DNA of 64,000 nt. It comes from an uncultured Actinomycetota bacterium. Lineage in GTDB: Bacteria > Actinomycetota > Actinomycetes > Frankiales > Frankiaceae. Positions within the stretch are counted from its first letter, which is position 1, and each line of letters opens with the position of its first letter. Below, in pieces: positions 45,561-54,722 of this stretch. The DNA is taken from NCBI GenBank assembly GCA_963782485.1, contig CAWAJV010000007.1:596677-660676 (forward strand). The letters run 5' to 3'. The translations under genes and the position numbers were made by a program. The notes under the pieces were generated by a model, which saw nothing but the letters and a program-made list of their open reading frames with translations, ran no database searches and was not told the origin of the DNA.

Positions 45561-47627
45561 TCACGCTCCGGCGGACGCCGCGTCGAGCACGTGGTCGAGG
45601 AGCCCCTCCTCGATATACGCGGGGAATGCACCTATCTCGAGGGGGCGGCCGCGCTCGTTGTGCCACTGCAGCAGATCGCGCACGACGGGTGACAGGTAGT
45701 AGGCCCCGGAGACCACCAGGCGCAGGGTCGCCAGGCTCTTCCGCGGGCAGCATTCCAGCCGCTCGACGGTCAGCTCACCCGCAGGCACGTCCTGGAGGGC
45801 GGATCGCAGGAGATCAGCAAGGTCCGGTCGCGCTCTCATCAGCGCGTCGAGCAAGTCGTCAGCGACGCCGGCCGCGGCCGCCGACGGCATGCCGTCACCC
45901 TCCGGGATCAGGACCTCGGCGACCCGGCGCAACACTTGCCGCTCAGGAGCGGTGAACCCACTCGAGCGGTTCGACACCCGCAGCGTCGCCGGCACCCGCT
46001 CCGAAGGCCGCTCGGCGGCTCGGGCCGGGTGAGCCGTCTCCGACGGTGAAGGGCCGCGCTGCTCGATCAACCGCTGGGCGGTCCGCAGCGCGAGCGCGCA
46101 GATGGTGCTCGTCGGATTCATGCCACCGGCGGTCGGGAAGACGCTGCCGTCGATGATGCCGAGGTTGCGAATCTGGTGGGTGAAACCCCAGCGGTCGCAG
46201 ACGGAGGTGGCCGGATCTAGGCCCATCCGCGTGGTGCCCATGAAGTGACCGTTGGCCCGCGCCTGTGTCACGGAGATCTGGCTGACGCCGGCCGCGTTGA
46301 AAGACTCGATCGCCCGCTGCGCGTGCCACGCCAGCAGGCTGCGGGTGTTGTCGCCGATCCGGTAGTGCAGCGCCGCCCCGGCCAGCCCGGCAGCGTCGGT
46401 CTCGGCGCTCAGCGACACCCCGTTGCGGTCCTCCGGCAGATCCTCGGCGAGCAGGACCCAGGTGACCCGACGTCCCAGCCACTCGCGCATCCGCTCGTGA
46501 TGGCCGAGCCCCCAACGGGCGCCGGGGCCAAGCGCGGTCACCAGCGGCTGGCCTCCCCCGGTCAGCGCCCACCGGGCACCGCGCACGAAGCCCCGAGCAG
46601 GGTCGGAGCCGTAGAACTGCAGCGAGTTGATGAGGCCGCCGTTGTGACCGTGCCAGGGCGGTGCGTCCGCGACGATCCCGTGGACCAGGGTCATCGGGTG
46701 CAGCATCAGCCCGCGACCGAGGAGGCCGGAGTCGTTCGCGAGACCGGCTTCGTGGCGCGCCGTTGCCGAAGCAAGGAGCAGCCGCGGGGTGCCGATGCCG
46801 TTGGCCGCGCACAGCACGACGGCCGCCTGCTGTTCGTGAACCCGCCCGTCGATGTCGACCCACTCGATACCTGTCGCCCGGTCGGCACGATCGACCAAGA
46901 TGCGCCGCACGACGGCATGGGTGACGAGCGTCCCGCCCAGCTGCTGGAAGCGTGGCCAGTGCGTGAGATCGGCCGATGCCTTCGCTCCCTCGTCGCAGCC
47001 GCGGGAGCAGGTGCCGCGCTGCACGCAGGCATGGCGGCCGTCGCGCGGGGCTGAAAGGATCGCGTTGGTGTCGGGCCACCAGTGCCACCCGAGCCGCGCC
47101 TGCCCGCGCGCGACGGCCAGGCCGAGGGGGCCGATCGGCAACGCCGGCAGCGGCGGCTCGTCACCCACCGGGTAGGCCGGATTCCCGCCCAGCCCCGACA
47201 CTCCGAACTGGCGGTCGGTCGCCTCGTAGAACGGCTGCAGTTCGGCGTAGGTCAGCGGCCAGTCGGAGGCGACCCCATCGGTGCTACGCACCCGGAAATC
47301 GCCGGGGAGCAGGCGTGGCCACTGGGCGTTGTAGAGGACCGACCCGCCGCCGACCCCGTTGTAGTTGAGCGCCGCCATGTCGGACGAGGCCGTATCGATC
47401 GGATAGTCCGAAAGCCCACCGCGAAGCCGCGGATTACTCGACCACTGCTTCAGACCGATCAGCTCCCCGGCCGGCGTATCACCCCCGAACGTGGATCGAT
47501 CCGGCCAGCCACCCTGCTCGAAAACAGCCACGTCCACGCCGGCCTGCGCGAGATGCAGCGCGGCAACGGCTGCGGACGGACCCGCACCGACGATCACCAC
47601 GTCGGAGCGGCCTTTCGGGAGGGTCAT
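45561..47627 (-). CDS. GMC-family FAD oxidoreductase fused to a C-terminal gluconate-2-dehydrogenase-subunit-3-like domain
   Basis: N-terminal GxGxxA (VVIVGAGPSA). GMC C-terminal signature around GTTRMG. An extra roughly 130-aa C-terminal domain is normally a separate small subunit. Confidence 0.8.
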   Translation of the reverse strand: MTLPKGRSDVVIVGAGPSAAVAALHLAQAGVDVAVFEQGGWPDRSTFGGDTPAGELIGLKQWSSNPRLRGGLSDYPIDTASSDMAALNYNGVGGGSVLYNAQWPRLLPGDFRVRSTDGVASDWPLTYAELQPFYEATDRQFGVSGLGGNPAYPVGDEPPLPALPIGPLGLAVARGQARLGWHWWPDTNAILSAPRDGRHACVQRGTCSRGCDEGAKASADLTHWPRFQQLGGTLVTHAVVRRILVDRADRATGIEWVDIDGRVHEQQAAVVLCAANGIGTPRLLLASATARHEAGLANDSGLLGRGLMLHPMTLVHGIVADAPPWHGHNGGLINSLQFYGSDPARGFVRGARWALTGGGQPLVTALGPGARWGLGHHERMREWLGRRVTWVLLAEDLPEDRNGVSLSAETDAAGLAGAALHYRIGDNTRSLLAWHAQRAIESFNAAGVSQISVTQARANGHFMGTTRMGLDPATSVCDRWGFTHQIRNLGIIDGSVFPTAGGMNPTSTICALALRTAQRLIEQRGPSPSETAHPARAAERPSERVPATLRVSNRSSGFTAPERQVLRRVAEVLIPEGDGMPSAAAAGVADDLLDALMRARPDLADLLRSALQDVPAGELTVERLECCPRKSLATLRLVVSGAYYLSPVVRDLLQWHNERGRPLEIGAFPAYIEEGLLDHVLDAASAGA

Positions 47628-47878
47628 TTCCAGCGGAAGTGCACGAAGACGCGTCCGAAATTCTTCGAGTCCTTCTCCACCCGGTGATACAGCGGCTTGA
47701 TGTCCTTCTGCTCGAGGAAACGCAGGACGTGTTTCTTCAGAGCACCCGAGCCCTTCCCAGGGATGATCTCGACGAGCGGCGCTTTCTTGGCCACCGCCTC
47801 ATCGATGACGGCCCGCAGCGCCCGGTCGATGTCGCCCCCACGGTTGTAGATGTCGTGCAGGTCGAGCTTCAGCTTCAT
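47624..47878 (-). CDS. Stand-alone Smr-domain protein (84 aa)
   Basis: Smr fold pattern (LDLHDIY ... IIPGKGSG ... LKK.V). The start codon lies inside the terminal CATGG of a repeat copy. ATGA overlap with the GMC gene. Confidence 0.65.
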   Translation of the reverse strand: MKLKLDLHDIYNRGGDIDRALRAVIDEAVAKKAPLVEIIPGKGSGALKKHVLRFLEQKDIKPLYHRVEKDSKNFGRVFVHFRWK

Positions 47879-47940
47879 GGCAGAGGAGATCGTGACTCGA
47901 GCGAGCGCAGCGAGGTCGAGCGCGGGTCTGCGACCATGAG
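47876..47940 (-). repeat. Reverse-orientation copy of the 62-bp repeat immediately upstream of the Smr start codon
   Basis: The reverse complement aligns with the array unit (about 80%). Confidence 0.55.
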
Positions 47941-47994
47941 TACGACCCTTCCTCGAAGCAGGTGCACGCCCCGGCGAATTACTTGTACAGTTCG

Positions 47995-48190
47995 CGCAGC
48001 CCCAGCATTGCGGTGGGGTGACGCAAGGTCCAGCGAAGCCGGTGAGATCCCGGCGCTGTCCCGCAACGGTGATGCCCCTCGGGGACGAGCCCGGACGCCT
48101 GTCTTGTGTCGACGACTGTCCTCGGAGGAAGGGCGGTTCGTTTCGGCGCGGGCTTCCGCGCCGCAGCGGGCTTGCTTCACGCTCCCCGCT
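47995..48190 (+). ncRNA. Cobalamin (AdoCbl) riboswitch
   Basis: Contains AAGG..AGCGAAGCCGGTGAGATCCCGGCGCTGTCCCGCAACGGTGA, matching the B12-element core (GCCGGTGAnAnTCCGGCgCtGtCCCGC-aaCgGTaA). Sits upstream of a BtuF-like binding-protein gene. Confidence 0.7.
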
Positions 48191-48204
48191 CACACGGAGG
48201 AACC

Positions 48205-49161
48205 ATGCGGCCGCTTCGGCGCCGATTCACCCTCGCTGTCACCGCCGTCACCGTCGCGACGGTGGCCGCCTGTGGCAGCAGCACCACCGGGGCGTCTTCG
48301 TCGGTCAGCCCTTCCGGCGCGTCCGGCGCGGCCCGCGCCGCCAGCTTCCCGGCCACCGTCAATGCCAACGGCACGACGGTCACCATCAAGCAGAAGCCGA
48401 CTGCCATCGTCTCGCTGTCGGCCACAGCGACCGAGATGCTCTACGCCATCGGGGCCGGAAGCCAGGTCAAGGCCGTCGATCAGTACTCCAACTACCCGCC
48501 CGCGGCGCCGAAGACGAAGCTCTCCGGCCTGCAGACCAATGTCGAGGCGCTCATCGCCGAAAAGCCCGACCTGGTGCTCGTCGATGCGGACCGCAACGGC
48601 CTGGGCAAGCGGTTGGCCGCACTGTCGATTCCCGTGCTCGTGCTCCCGGCCGCCACGGCCATCGATGACGTCTACGCGCAGCTCGACGAGCTCGGCACCG
48701 CCACCGGCCATGCGTCGGAAGCGACGAAGGAAAGCGCCGACCTCAAGAAGAACCTCGCCGACATCGTCGCATCCGTGAAGAAGCCGAGCACCCCGATCAC
48801 CTACTACTACGAGCTCGAGCCCGACTACTACTCCGTCACCTCCTCGACGTTCGTCGGCAAGCTCCTCCGCCTGATCGGCATGAGGAGCATCGCCGACAAG
48901 GCCGCGGACGCCACCTCCACCGGCGGCTACCCGCAGCTGAGCGCGGAGTACATCATCAAGGCGAATCCGGACGTGATCCTGCTGGCCGACACCATCTGCT
49001 GCCAGGCGAGCGCCGCGACGGTGGCCAAGCGGGCGGGATGGTCCACGATCACCGCCGTGTCGAAGGGTGAGGTGATCCCGTTGAGCGACGACATCGCCTC
49101 GCGTTGGGGTCCGCGCATCGTCGACCTGGTCAAGACCGTCGCCGACGCGGTCAAGGGCTAG
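48205..49161 (+). CDS. ABC transporter substrate-binding lipoprotein, cobalamin/siderophore (BtuF-like) class
   Basis: Signal peptide plus lipobox (VATVAAC). Class III SBP pattern. RBS GGAGGA. Confidence 0.85.
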   Translation: MRPLRRRFTLAVTAVTVATVAACGSSTTGASSSVSPSGASGAARAASFPATVNANGTTVTIKQKPTAIVSLSATATEMLYAIGAGSQVKAVDQYSNYPPAAPKTKLSGLQTNVEALIAEKPDLVLVDADRNGLGKRLAALSIPVLVLPAATAIDDVYAQLDELGTATGHASEATKESADLKKNLADIVASVKKPSTPITYYYELEPDYYSVTSSTFVGKLLRLIGMRSIADKAADATSTGGYPQLSAEYIIKANPDVILLADTICCQASAATVAKRAGWSTITAVSKGEVIPLSDDIASRWGPRIVDLVKTVADAVKG

Positions 49162-49179
49162 CAGGCAGGACCGACCACC

Positions 49180-50307
49180 ATGGGCTCAGCAGGCGCAGAA
49201 GGCCTGGTGCCGAGAACCGGGACGCGTTCGCGCGCTCGCTTCCTGATCCGGGGCCGCGTACTCGACGCCGGCAAGCCGCGGCCGTGGACGTTCGTCCTCG
49301 CCGTGACCTCGCTGATTGCGGCGATGCTCGTGGCGCTCTCGGTCGGGCCGGCGGCCATCCCGATCGGGACCTTGTTGCAGGCGGCCGCGAACCATCTCCC
49401 GCTGCTGCCGCACGCCCACGTCGACACGGTCGACAGCAACATCCTCTGGCAGGTGCGGATGCCGCGGGTGATGCTCGGGGTGGTGGTCGGCGCCATGCTG
49501 TCGGGCGGCGGCGCTGCGTATCAGGGCGTCTTCCGCAATCCGCTGGCCGACCCGTACCTGCTGGGCGTCGCCGCGGGCGCGGGCCTCGGCGCCACGGCCG
49601 TGATCATCTCGGGGGGTGGCGTCACGCTGATCCCGCCGGCCGCCTTCGCCGGAGCGGTGGTAGCGGTCGCCCTCACGTATGCGCTCGGCGCCAGTGCAGC
49701 CCGCGGCACGAACGCGCCGGGGATCGCCAGCGGAACGGCCTCGATCGTGCTCGCCGGAGTCGCGGTCGCGGCGCTGCTCACCGCCGTGCAGTCGTACCTG
49801 CTGCAGCAACATCTGGACTCGGTGCAGAACGTGTACTCGTGGATCCTCGGACGGCTGACACTTGCCTCCTGGTCCGACGTGACGACCGTGTTGCCGTACG
49901 CCGCGGTCGCGGCGATCGTCCTGCTCCTGCACGCCCGGCAACTCGACGTGCTTCGGGTCGGTGAGCTCGAGGCCGGCAGTCTCGGACTGGACACGGTGCG
50001 GCTGCGCCTCATCGTCGTCGGCGCTGCAACGCTCGGAACCGCGGCGGCCGTGGCGGTCAGCGGGCTCATCGGCTTTGTCGGCATCATCGTGCCCCACGCC
50101 GTGCGGCTGACGACGGGCGCCAGTTACCGGCGGCTGCTACCGCTGTCGATGATCTTCGGTGGGACGTTCCTCATCCTCGCCGATGTGCTCGCCCGCACCG
50201 TGCAGTCGCCGAGCGAGGTGCCGATCGGCGTCGTCACCGCGTGCATCGGTGCCCCGTTCTTCCTGTACGTGCTGCGCTCGCGGCGGGCCCGCGAGCAGCT
50301 GTCGTGA
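49180..50307 (+). CDS. FecCD-family ABC permease (BtuC-like)
   Basis: About 10 TM helices; FecCD signature region. Confidence 0.9.
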   Translation: MGSAGAEGLVPRTGTRSRARFLIRGRVLDAGKPRPWTFVLAVTSLIAAMLVALSVGPAAIPIGTLLQAAANHLPLLPHAHVDTVDSNILWQVRMPRVMLGVVVGAMLSGGGAAYQGVFRNPLADPYLLGVAAGAGLGATAVIISGGGVTLIPPAAFAGAVVAVALTYALGASAARGTNAPGIASGTASIVLAGVAVAALLTAVQSYLLQQHLDSVQNVYSWILGRLTLASWSDVTTVLPYAAVAAIVLLLHARQLDVLRVGELEAGSLGLDTVRLRLIVVGAATLGTAAAVAVSGLIGFVGIIVPHAVRLTTGASYRRLLPLSMIFGGTFLILADVLARTVQSPSEVPIGVVTACIGAPFFLYVLRSRRAREQLS

Positions 50308-50317
50308 GCGGGCAGCC

Positions 50318-51091
50318 GTGATCCAGGTTCAGGCCCTCAGCGTCCGCTTCGAGCGCACGATCGCGCTTGACGCGGTCAGCATGACCGTCGCCGACGGCGA
50401 GTGGTTGGCCGTTGTCGGCCCCAACGGCGCGGGCAAGACGACGCTGCTGCGCTGCCTCGCTCACCTGGTGCGCCATGACGGCGACGTGCGGATGGCCGGC
50501 ACGCCGCTGGCCCGGATGTCGCGCCGCGCCCTGGCCCGGATGGTCGCGTACGTGCCGCAGCGGCCGGTCTTTCCGCCCGACATGTCGGTGGCCGAGTACG
50601 TCCTGCTCGGGCGCACTCCCCACATCGGTTACCTGAGCTCGGAAACCGCAGCGGATAAACGGATTTGCGCTGAACTGCTCGAGCGGCTTCGCCTGGACGA
50701 GATGGCGGCGCGACGCTTGAGCACGCTGTCTGGGGGCGAGCTGCAGCGACTCGTGCTGGCGCGTGCCCTGGCGCAGCAGGCGCCCGTTCTGGTGCTGGAC
50801 GAGCCGACGAGCGCGCTGGATCTGGGCCGCCGGGTCGATGCGCTGGAGCTCGTCGATGAGCTGCGCCGGGAACGTGACCTCACGGTCGTGAGCGCGATCC
50901 ATGATCTGACCCTCGCCGGGCAGTTCGCCGACACGCTCGCGCTCATGGATTCCGGACGAGTCGTCGCCGTCGGCGCGCCGAAGGAGGTGCTGCGCGAGGA
51001 GTTGCTCGCACCGCTGTTCGGGGTAGGTGTGACCGTGCTCGAAGAGGACGGCGATCTCGTCGTCGTCTCCAGGCGAGCCGACCGCGGGTAG
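50318..51091 (+). CDS. ABC transporter ATP-binding protein (BtuD/FecE-like)
   Basis: Walker A GPNGAGKTT, signature LSGGELQR, Walker B VLVLDEPT. GTG start. Confidence 0.9.
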   Translation: MIQVQALSVRFERTIALDAVSMTVADGEWLAVVGPNGAGKTTLLRCLAHLVRHDGDVRMAGTPLARMSRRALARMVAYVPQRPVFPPDMSVAEYVLLGRTPHIGYLSSETAADKRICAELLERLRLDEMAARRLSTLSGGELQRLVLARALAQQAPVLVLDEPTSALDLGRRVDALELVDELRRERDLTVVSAIHDLTLAGQFADTLALMDSGRVVAVGAPKEVLREELLAPLFGVGVTVLEEDGDLVVVSRRADRG

Positions 51092-51092
51092 A

Positions 51093-52292
51093 TCAGGCGG
51101 TCGGCAGCGCGCCGGCCTGCTCCAGCAGGTACTTGCCCGCGTCGGTGAACGTGTTGTCGTCGACGAAGATGTGTTGGGTGCTGGCATGCGTGTCACGCCA
51201 GATCCGCTGCAGGACGCCTGGACGGATGCCGTTCGCGCCGGACCAGTGATAGGCGAAGTCGACGACGGCGGAGCTCACGTGAGCGGCATGCGTAGTCGCC
51301 TGGCGCAAGGTGTGCAACTGCTCCGGCGAGATCATCTCGCCAGCAGGGATGGACGCCTGCACGCTGGCGAACGCGTCGAAGACGAACGCCCGCGCCGCCT
51401 TGAGCATGGCTGTGTGGCGCCCGAGATCGAACTGGAAACGCTCGAATCCCGCCACCGTCGTGGCGTGGCCCATGCGCTGCTTGCTTGCCGCAAGAGCCAC
51501 GATCTCGTCGACCGCCCGCCGGCTCACGCCGAGCGCGAAGCCGGCATGACCGGCTGACGTCATGCCCATCACACCGAGCCGGTACAGCGATCCGCCGCGG
51601 TAAGGCGTCGGGTCGGTCAGCACGAACGTGAACTGCTCCGGGACGACGCGCTCGGAGATGACGTAGTCGTACGAGCCGGTACCGACGAGTCCCATGACGT
51701 CCCAGCCATCACGGAAATCGACCTCCTCGCGCGGCACGAAGAACGCCCGGATGACCGGCCGCCCGTTGTTCATGCGCAGCTGGTCGCCCTCCATCTCGAC
51801 CGTGCCGCCGCCGATCCAGCCGGCATGGCCGGTGCCCGATCCGAACTGATAGCTGCCGGACACCTTGAAGCCGTCGCCCTCGCGAATGGCCGGACCCTTT
51901 GGCGAGAACTGGCCAGCGGCGATGGCGATGCCGCCCGCGAACATCTCGCGGACGGCGTCCTCACCCAGATAGGAGGTCATCGCGGACGTGCTCGCGTTAG
52001 CCATGTGGGACCAGCCGATCGACGGATCCGCCGCCGTCAGCTCCTCGAAGACACTCACGGCCGTGACCGCGTTGACCTCGGACCCGCCAAGCTCCCTCGC
52101 GACCATGAGGCCGAAGAGCTCACTCTCCTGCAGCGCCTCGACCACCGGGGCCGGCATCGTGCCGAGCCGCTCACCGGCTTCGGCCTCCGCCTCGATGATC
52201 GGCGCCAGCTTGCGGGCCCGCTCGACGAACTGCTGGTCGACCCGGGCAGCTTCGTCTGCTGACCCGACGGGCTGTCGGACAGTCGTCGTCAT
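51093..52292 (-). CDS. Acyl-CoA dehydrogenase-fold flavin-dependent oxygenase/dehydrogenase
   Basis: ACAD N/M/C domain architecture, about 400 aa. Confidence 0.8.
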   Translation of the reverse strand: MTTTVRQPVGSADEAARVDQQFVERARKLAPIIEAEAEAGERLGTMPAPVVEALQESELFGLMVARELGGSEVNAVTAVSVFEELTAADPSIGWSHMANASTSAMTSYLGEDAVREMFAGGIAIAAGQFSPKGPAIREGDGFKVSGSYQFGSGTGHAGWIGGGTVEMEGDQLRMNNGRPVIRAFFVPREEVDFRDGWDVMGLVGTGSYDYVISERVVPEQFTFVLTDPTPYRGGSLYRLGVMGMTSAGHAGFALGVSRRAVDEIVALAASKQRMGHATTVAGFERFQFDLGRHTAMLKAARAFVFDAFASVQASIPAGEMISPEQLHTLRQATTHAAHVSSAVVDFAYHWSGANGIRPGVLQRIWRDTHASTQHIFVDDNTFTDAGKYLLEQAGALPTA

Positions 52293-52342
52293 ACGGTTCC
52301 TCCTGGGCGACCACGGGGGTTGCGAGCTGGCTCACACCCTAG

Positions 52343-52831
52343 ATGGGCCAGACTGGCGGGGTGCCTGTGCCTGTGCCTGTGTCTGTGCCACGTCGCTTCG
52401 CGGTCGCCGCTCTGGCCCTTTCCCTGAGCCTCCTGATGGGGGCTTGTGGCGCGTCGCAAGCACCCGATACCGCCAGCGGCACCATGACGGGGAGCGGAAC
52501 CGTCCCGCATCTCGGTGAAGCCTCCCAGGGCGCCATCAGCGTCTCCGGCGCCAGCGTGCAGCAGTCGGGCACCCAGCTGGCCGTGACGGCCACGATTCGC
52601 AACGCGGGCGCCAGCGCCGACGAGCTCGATTCGGTGATGAGCCAGGTCAGCAACGTTCTGACCCTGTCGCCTCCGGTGACCCTTCCCCCGCACGGATCGG
52701 TCGTCCTGGGCGAGGGCAAGACCCGTGTGGTGCTCACCCAAAACGGCCGGCTCGAGCCCGGCGGAACGGTCGCGCTGACCCTGAACTTCCGCAACGCCGG
52801 CGCGGTCGAGGTGTTCTCGAGTTTCTCCTAG
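52343..52831 (+). CDS. Secreted lipoprotein (PCuAC/DUF461-like beta-sandwich?)
   Basis: Lipobox LLMGAC. N-terminal VPVPVPVSVP encoded by a (GTGCCT)n microsatellite. Start may lie downstream of the annotated Met. Confidence 0.55.
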   Translation: MGQTGGVPVPVPVSVPRRFAVAALALSLSLLMGACGASQAPDTASGTMTGSGTVPHLGEASQGAISVSGASVQQSGTQLAVTATIRNAGASADELDSVMSQVSNVLTLSPPVTLPPHGSVVLGEGKTRVVLTQNGRLEPGGTVALTLNFRNAGAVEVFSSFS

Positions 52832-53460
52832 CCCGGCAGCAGCACGTTCGCCAGCACGTCGATAGCGGCTGACACGTCGTCGACCATCCGCCGGTACACG
52901 CTGGTTCGCCGTCCGATGGGGTCCGCGATGTCGAGTTCGGACTCCGGCGTAGCGACCAGGCCACGCTCGTCCTGCAGCCATCGAACCACGGCGTGCGCCC
53001 GCTTGGGCAGGCGGTCAGGCAGCGAATCCGCAACGGCCGCAGGCATTCCTGCCAGTAGGGAAGCACTCTCGCGCAGCGTGAAGGTCTTGGGATAGGCCTC
53101 GGGCCAGAGCCGCCCGATGCGCAGCCGATGGTCGCGGGTACCGGTCAGGACGAGATCGGCCTGCTCGAGCAGATCACCGGTCAGGGCGCGCGATCGGAAG
53201 TCCCGCATCCCGGGCAGCCCACGCTTCTCGAGGAGGACGGCGATCGTGCGGTCGATGCGCCAGCCGTCCTCGGTCGCGACCCCGGCACTCGTCGCCGTGA
53301 GCGCCGCGGTGGATGTTGCCCCACCGGCCTCCTCGACCCGCTGGCGCAGGAGTGCCTCGGCGGTCGGAGAGCGGCAGATGTTGCCGGTGCAGACGAAGAG
53401 CACGCTGAACGTGCCGAGGCCCTCCCCCGGCTCGATCCCGTTCGTGGCTGCCGCGCTCAT
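52828..53460 (-). CDS. Low-molecular-weight protein-tyrosine phosphatase / ArsC-like
   Basis: CTGNICRSP P-loop motif with a DP acid. Confidence 0.85.
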   Translation of the reverse strand: MSAAATNGIEPGEGLGTFSVLFVCTGNICRSPTAEALLRQRVEEAGGATSTAALTATSAGVATEDGWRIDRTIAVLLEKRGLPGMRDFRSRALTGDLLEQADLVLTGTRDHRLRIGRLWPEAYPKTFTLRESASLLAGMPAAVADSLPDRLPKRAHAVVRWLQDERGLVATPESELDIADPIGRRTSVYRRMVDDVSAAIDVLANVLLPG

Positions 53461-53480
53461 CCACCGCGAACGTACGCGGC

Positions 53481-54722
53481 TCAGGCGAGGACGAGCAGGC
53501 CATCCCCCAGCTTCGCGGACGGTGCGAACTCCACCGGCATCTTCTCGATGCCGCTGATGAAGTTGTTACGCCGCCGCTCGAGCGGAGCGTCGGAGGCCAG
53601 CGCCAGGTCGGGGATGCGGTCGAGGACACGGTCGAGCATCACCCGCAGCTCGAGACGCGCCAGGTTGGACCCGAGGCAGAAGTGGGAGCCGACGCCAAAC
53701 GCCACGTGGTCGTTGGGCTCGCGATCCGGGATGAAGGTCTCCGGGTCGTCGAAGTGGGTCTCGTCGTAGTTGGCCGACTCGTACATCAGCAGAACCTGGT
53801 CGCCCTTGGCGAGCGAGGCACCGCCGAACTCGTAGTCACGCGTCATCGTGCGGCACATGTTCTTGATCGGTGAGACCCAGCGCAGCATCTCCTCCACCGT
53901 CGGCTGGATCCGCGAGCGGTCGGCCTTCACAGCCTCCCAGTGTTGCCGGTGGCGGAGCAGCTGCTCGATGCCGCCGGCGATGACGTGACGCGTCGTCTCG
54001 TCGCCGCCGATGAGGATGAGCAGGGTCTCGCCGATGACGTCCTCGTCGCTCAATCGCTCGCCATCGATCTCGGCGTTGATGAGGATGCTGATGAGGTCAT
54101 CGGCGGGCTCGGCGCGACGCTGCGCGACGACCTTCGTCGCGTACTCGTGCCACGCGATGGCCGACTTCATCTGGCGTTCGACGACGTCTTCATCGCCGAC
54201 CCCGAGCGTGCCGAGCATCCCCTCGCTCCACTCGAGGACGTCGTGCCGGTCCTCCGGGAGCACGCCGAGCATGTCGGCAATGACGATGACGGGCAGCTGG
54301 GCGGCGACGTCGTGCACGAAGTCGGCCGAGCCGCGCTCGCAGATCGTGTCGATGATGTCGTCGCAGAGCTGGCGCGTCCGTGGCTCGTGCTCGGCTATGC
54401 GCCGCGGGGTGAACCCCTTGCTGACCAGGCTGCGCCGCTTCAGGTGAGCCGGGTTGTCCATGTCGATCATGTGGTTGATGCCGCCGGTGAACGGGCGGGA
54501 TCCATTGGCACTGCTGAAGATCGCGGGGTGCGTGCTCGCGTAATCCACGAGGTCGTAGGACATGATTCCCCAGAGCCCGCTCGACTCGTCGCGGAAGACC
54601 GGCGCCTCGCGCCGCAGCGCCGCATAGACGTCGTGGGTCTCTCCCGCGTAGAAGTCGCCATCCGCGAGACGCGCCCGCGCGGCGATCTCGGGCGGTACGC
54701 CTTGAGCTTCCATGGCCGTCAT
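53481..54722 (-). CDS. Cytochrome P450
   Basis: I-helix GGDETT, ExxR (EEMLRW), haem-binding FGVGSHFCLG. ATGA overlap with the BVMO gene. Confidence 0.9.
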   Translation of the reverse strand: MTAMEAQGVPPEIAARARLADGDFYAGETHDVYAALRREAPVFRDESSGLWGIMSYDLVDYASTHPAIFSSANGSRPFTGGINHMIDMDNPAHLKRRSLVSKGFTPRRIAEHEPRTRQLCDDIIDTICERGSADFVHDVAAQLPVIVIADMLGVLPEDRHDVLEWSEGMLGTLGVGDEDVVERQMKSAIAWHEYATKVVAQRRAEPADDLISILINAEIDGERLSDEDVIGETLLILIGGDETTRHVIAGGIEQLLRHRQHWEAVKADRSRIQPTVEEMLRWVSPIKNMCRTMTRDYEFGGASLAKGDQVLLMYESANYDETHFDDPETFIPDREPNDHVAFGVGSHFCLGSNLARLELRVMLDRVLDRIPDLALASDAPLERRRNNFISGIEKMPVEFAPSAKLGDGLLVLA

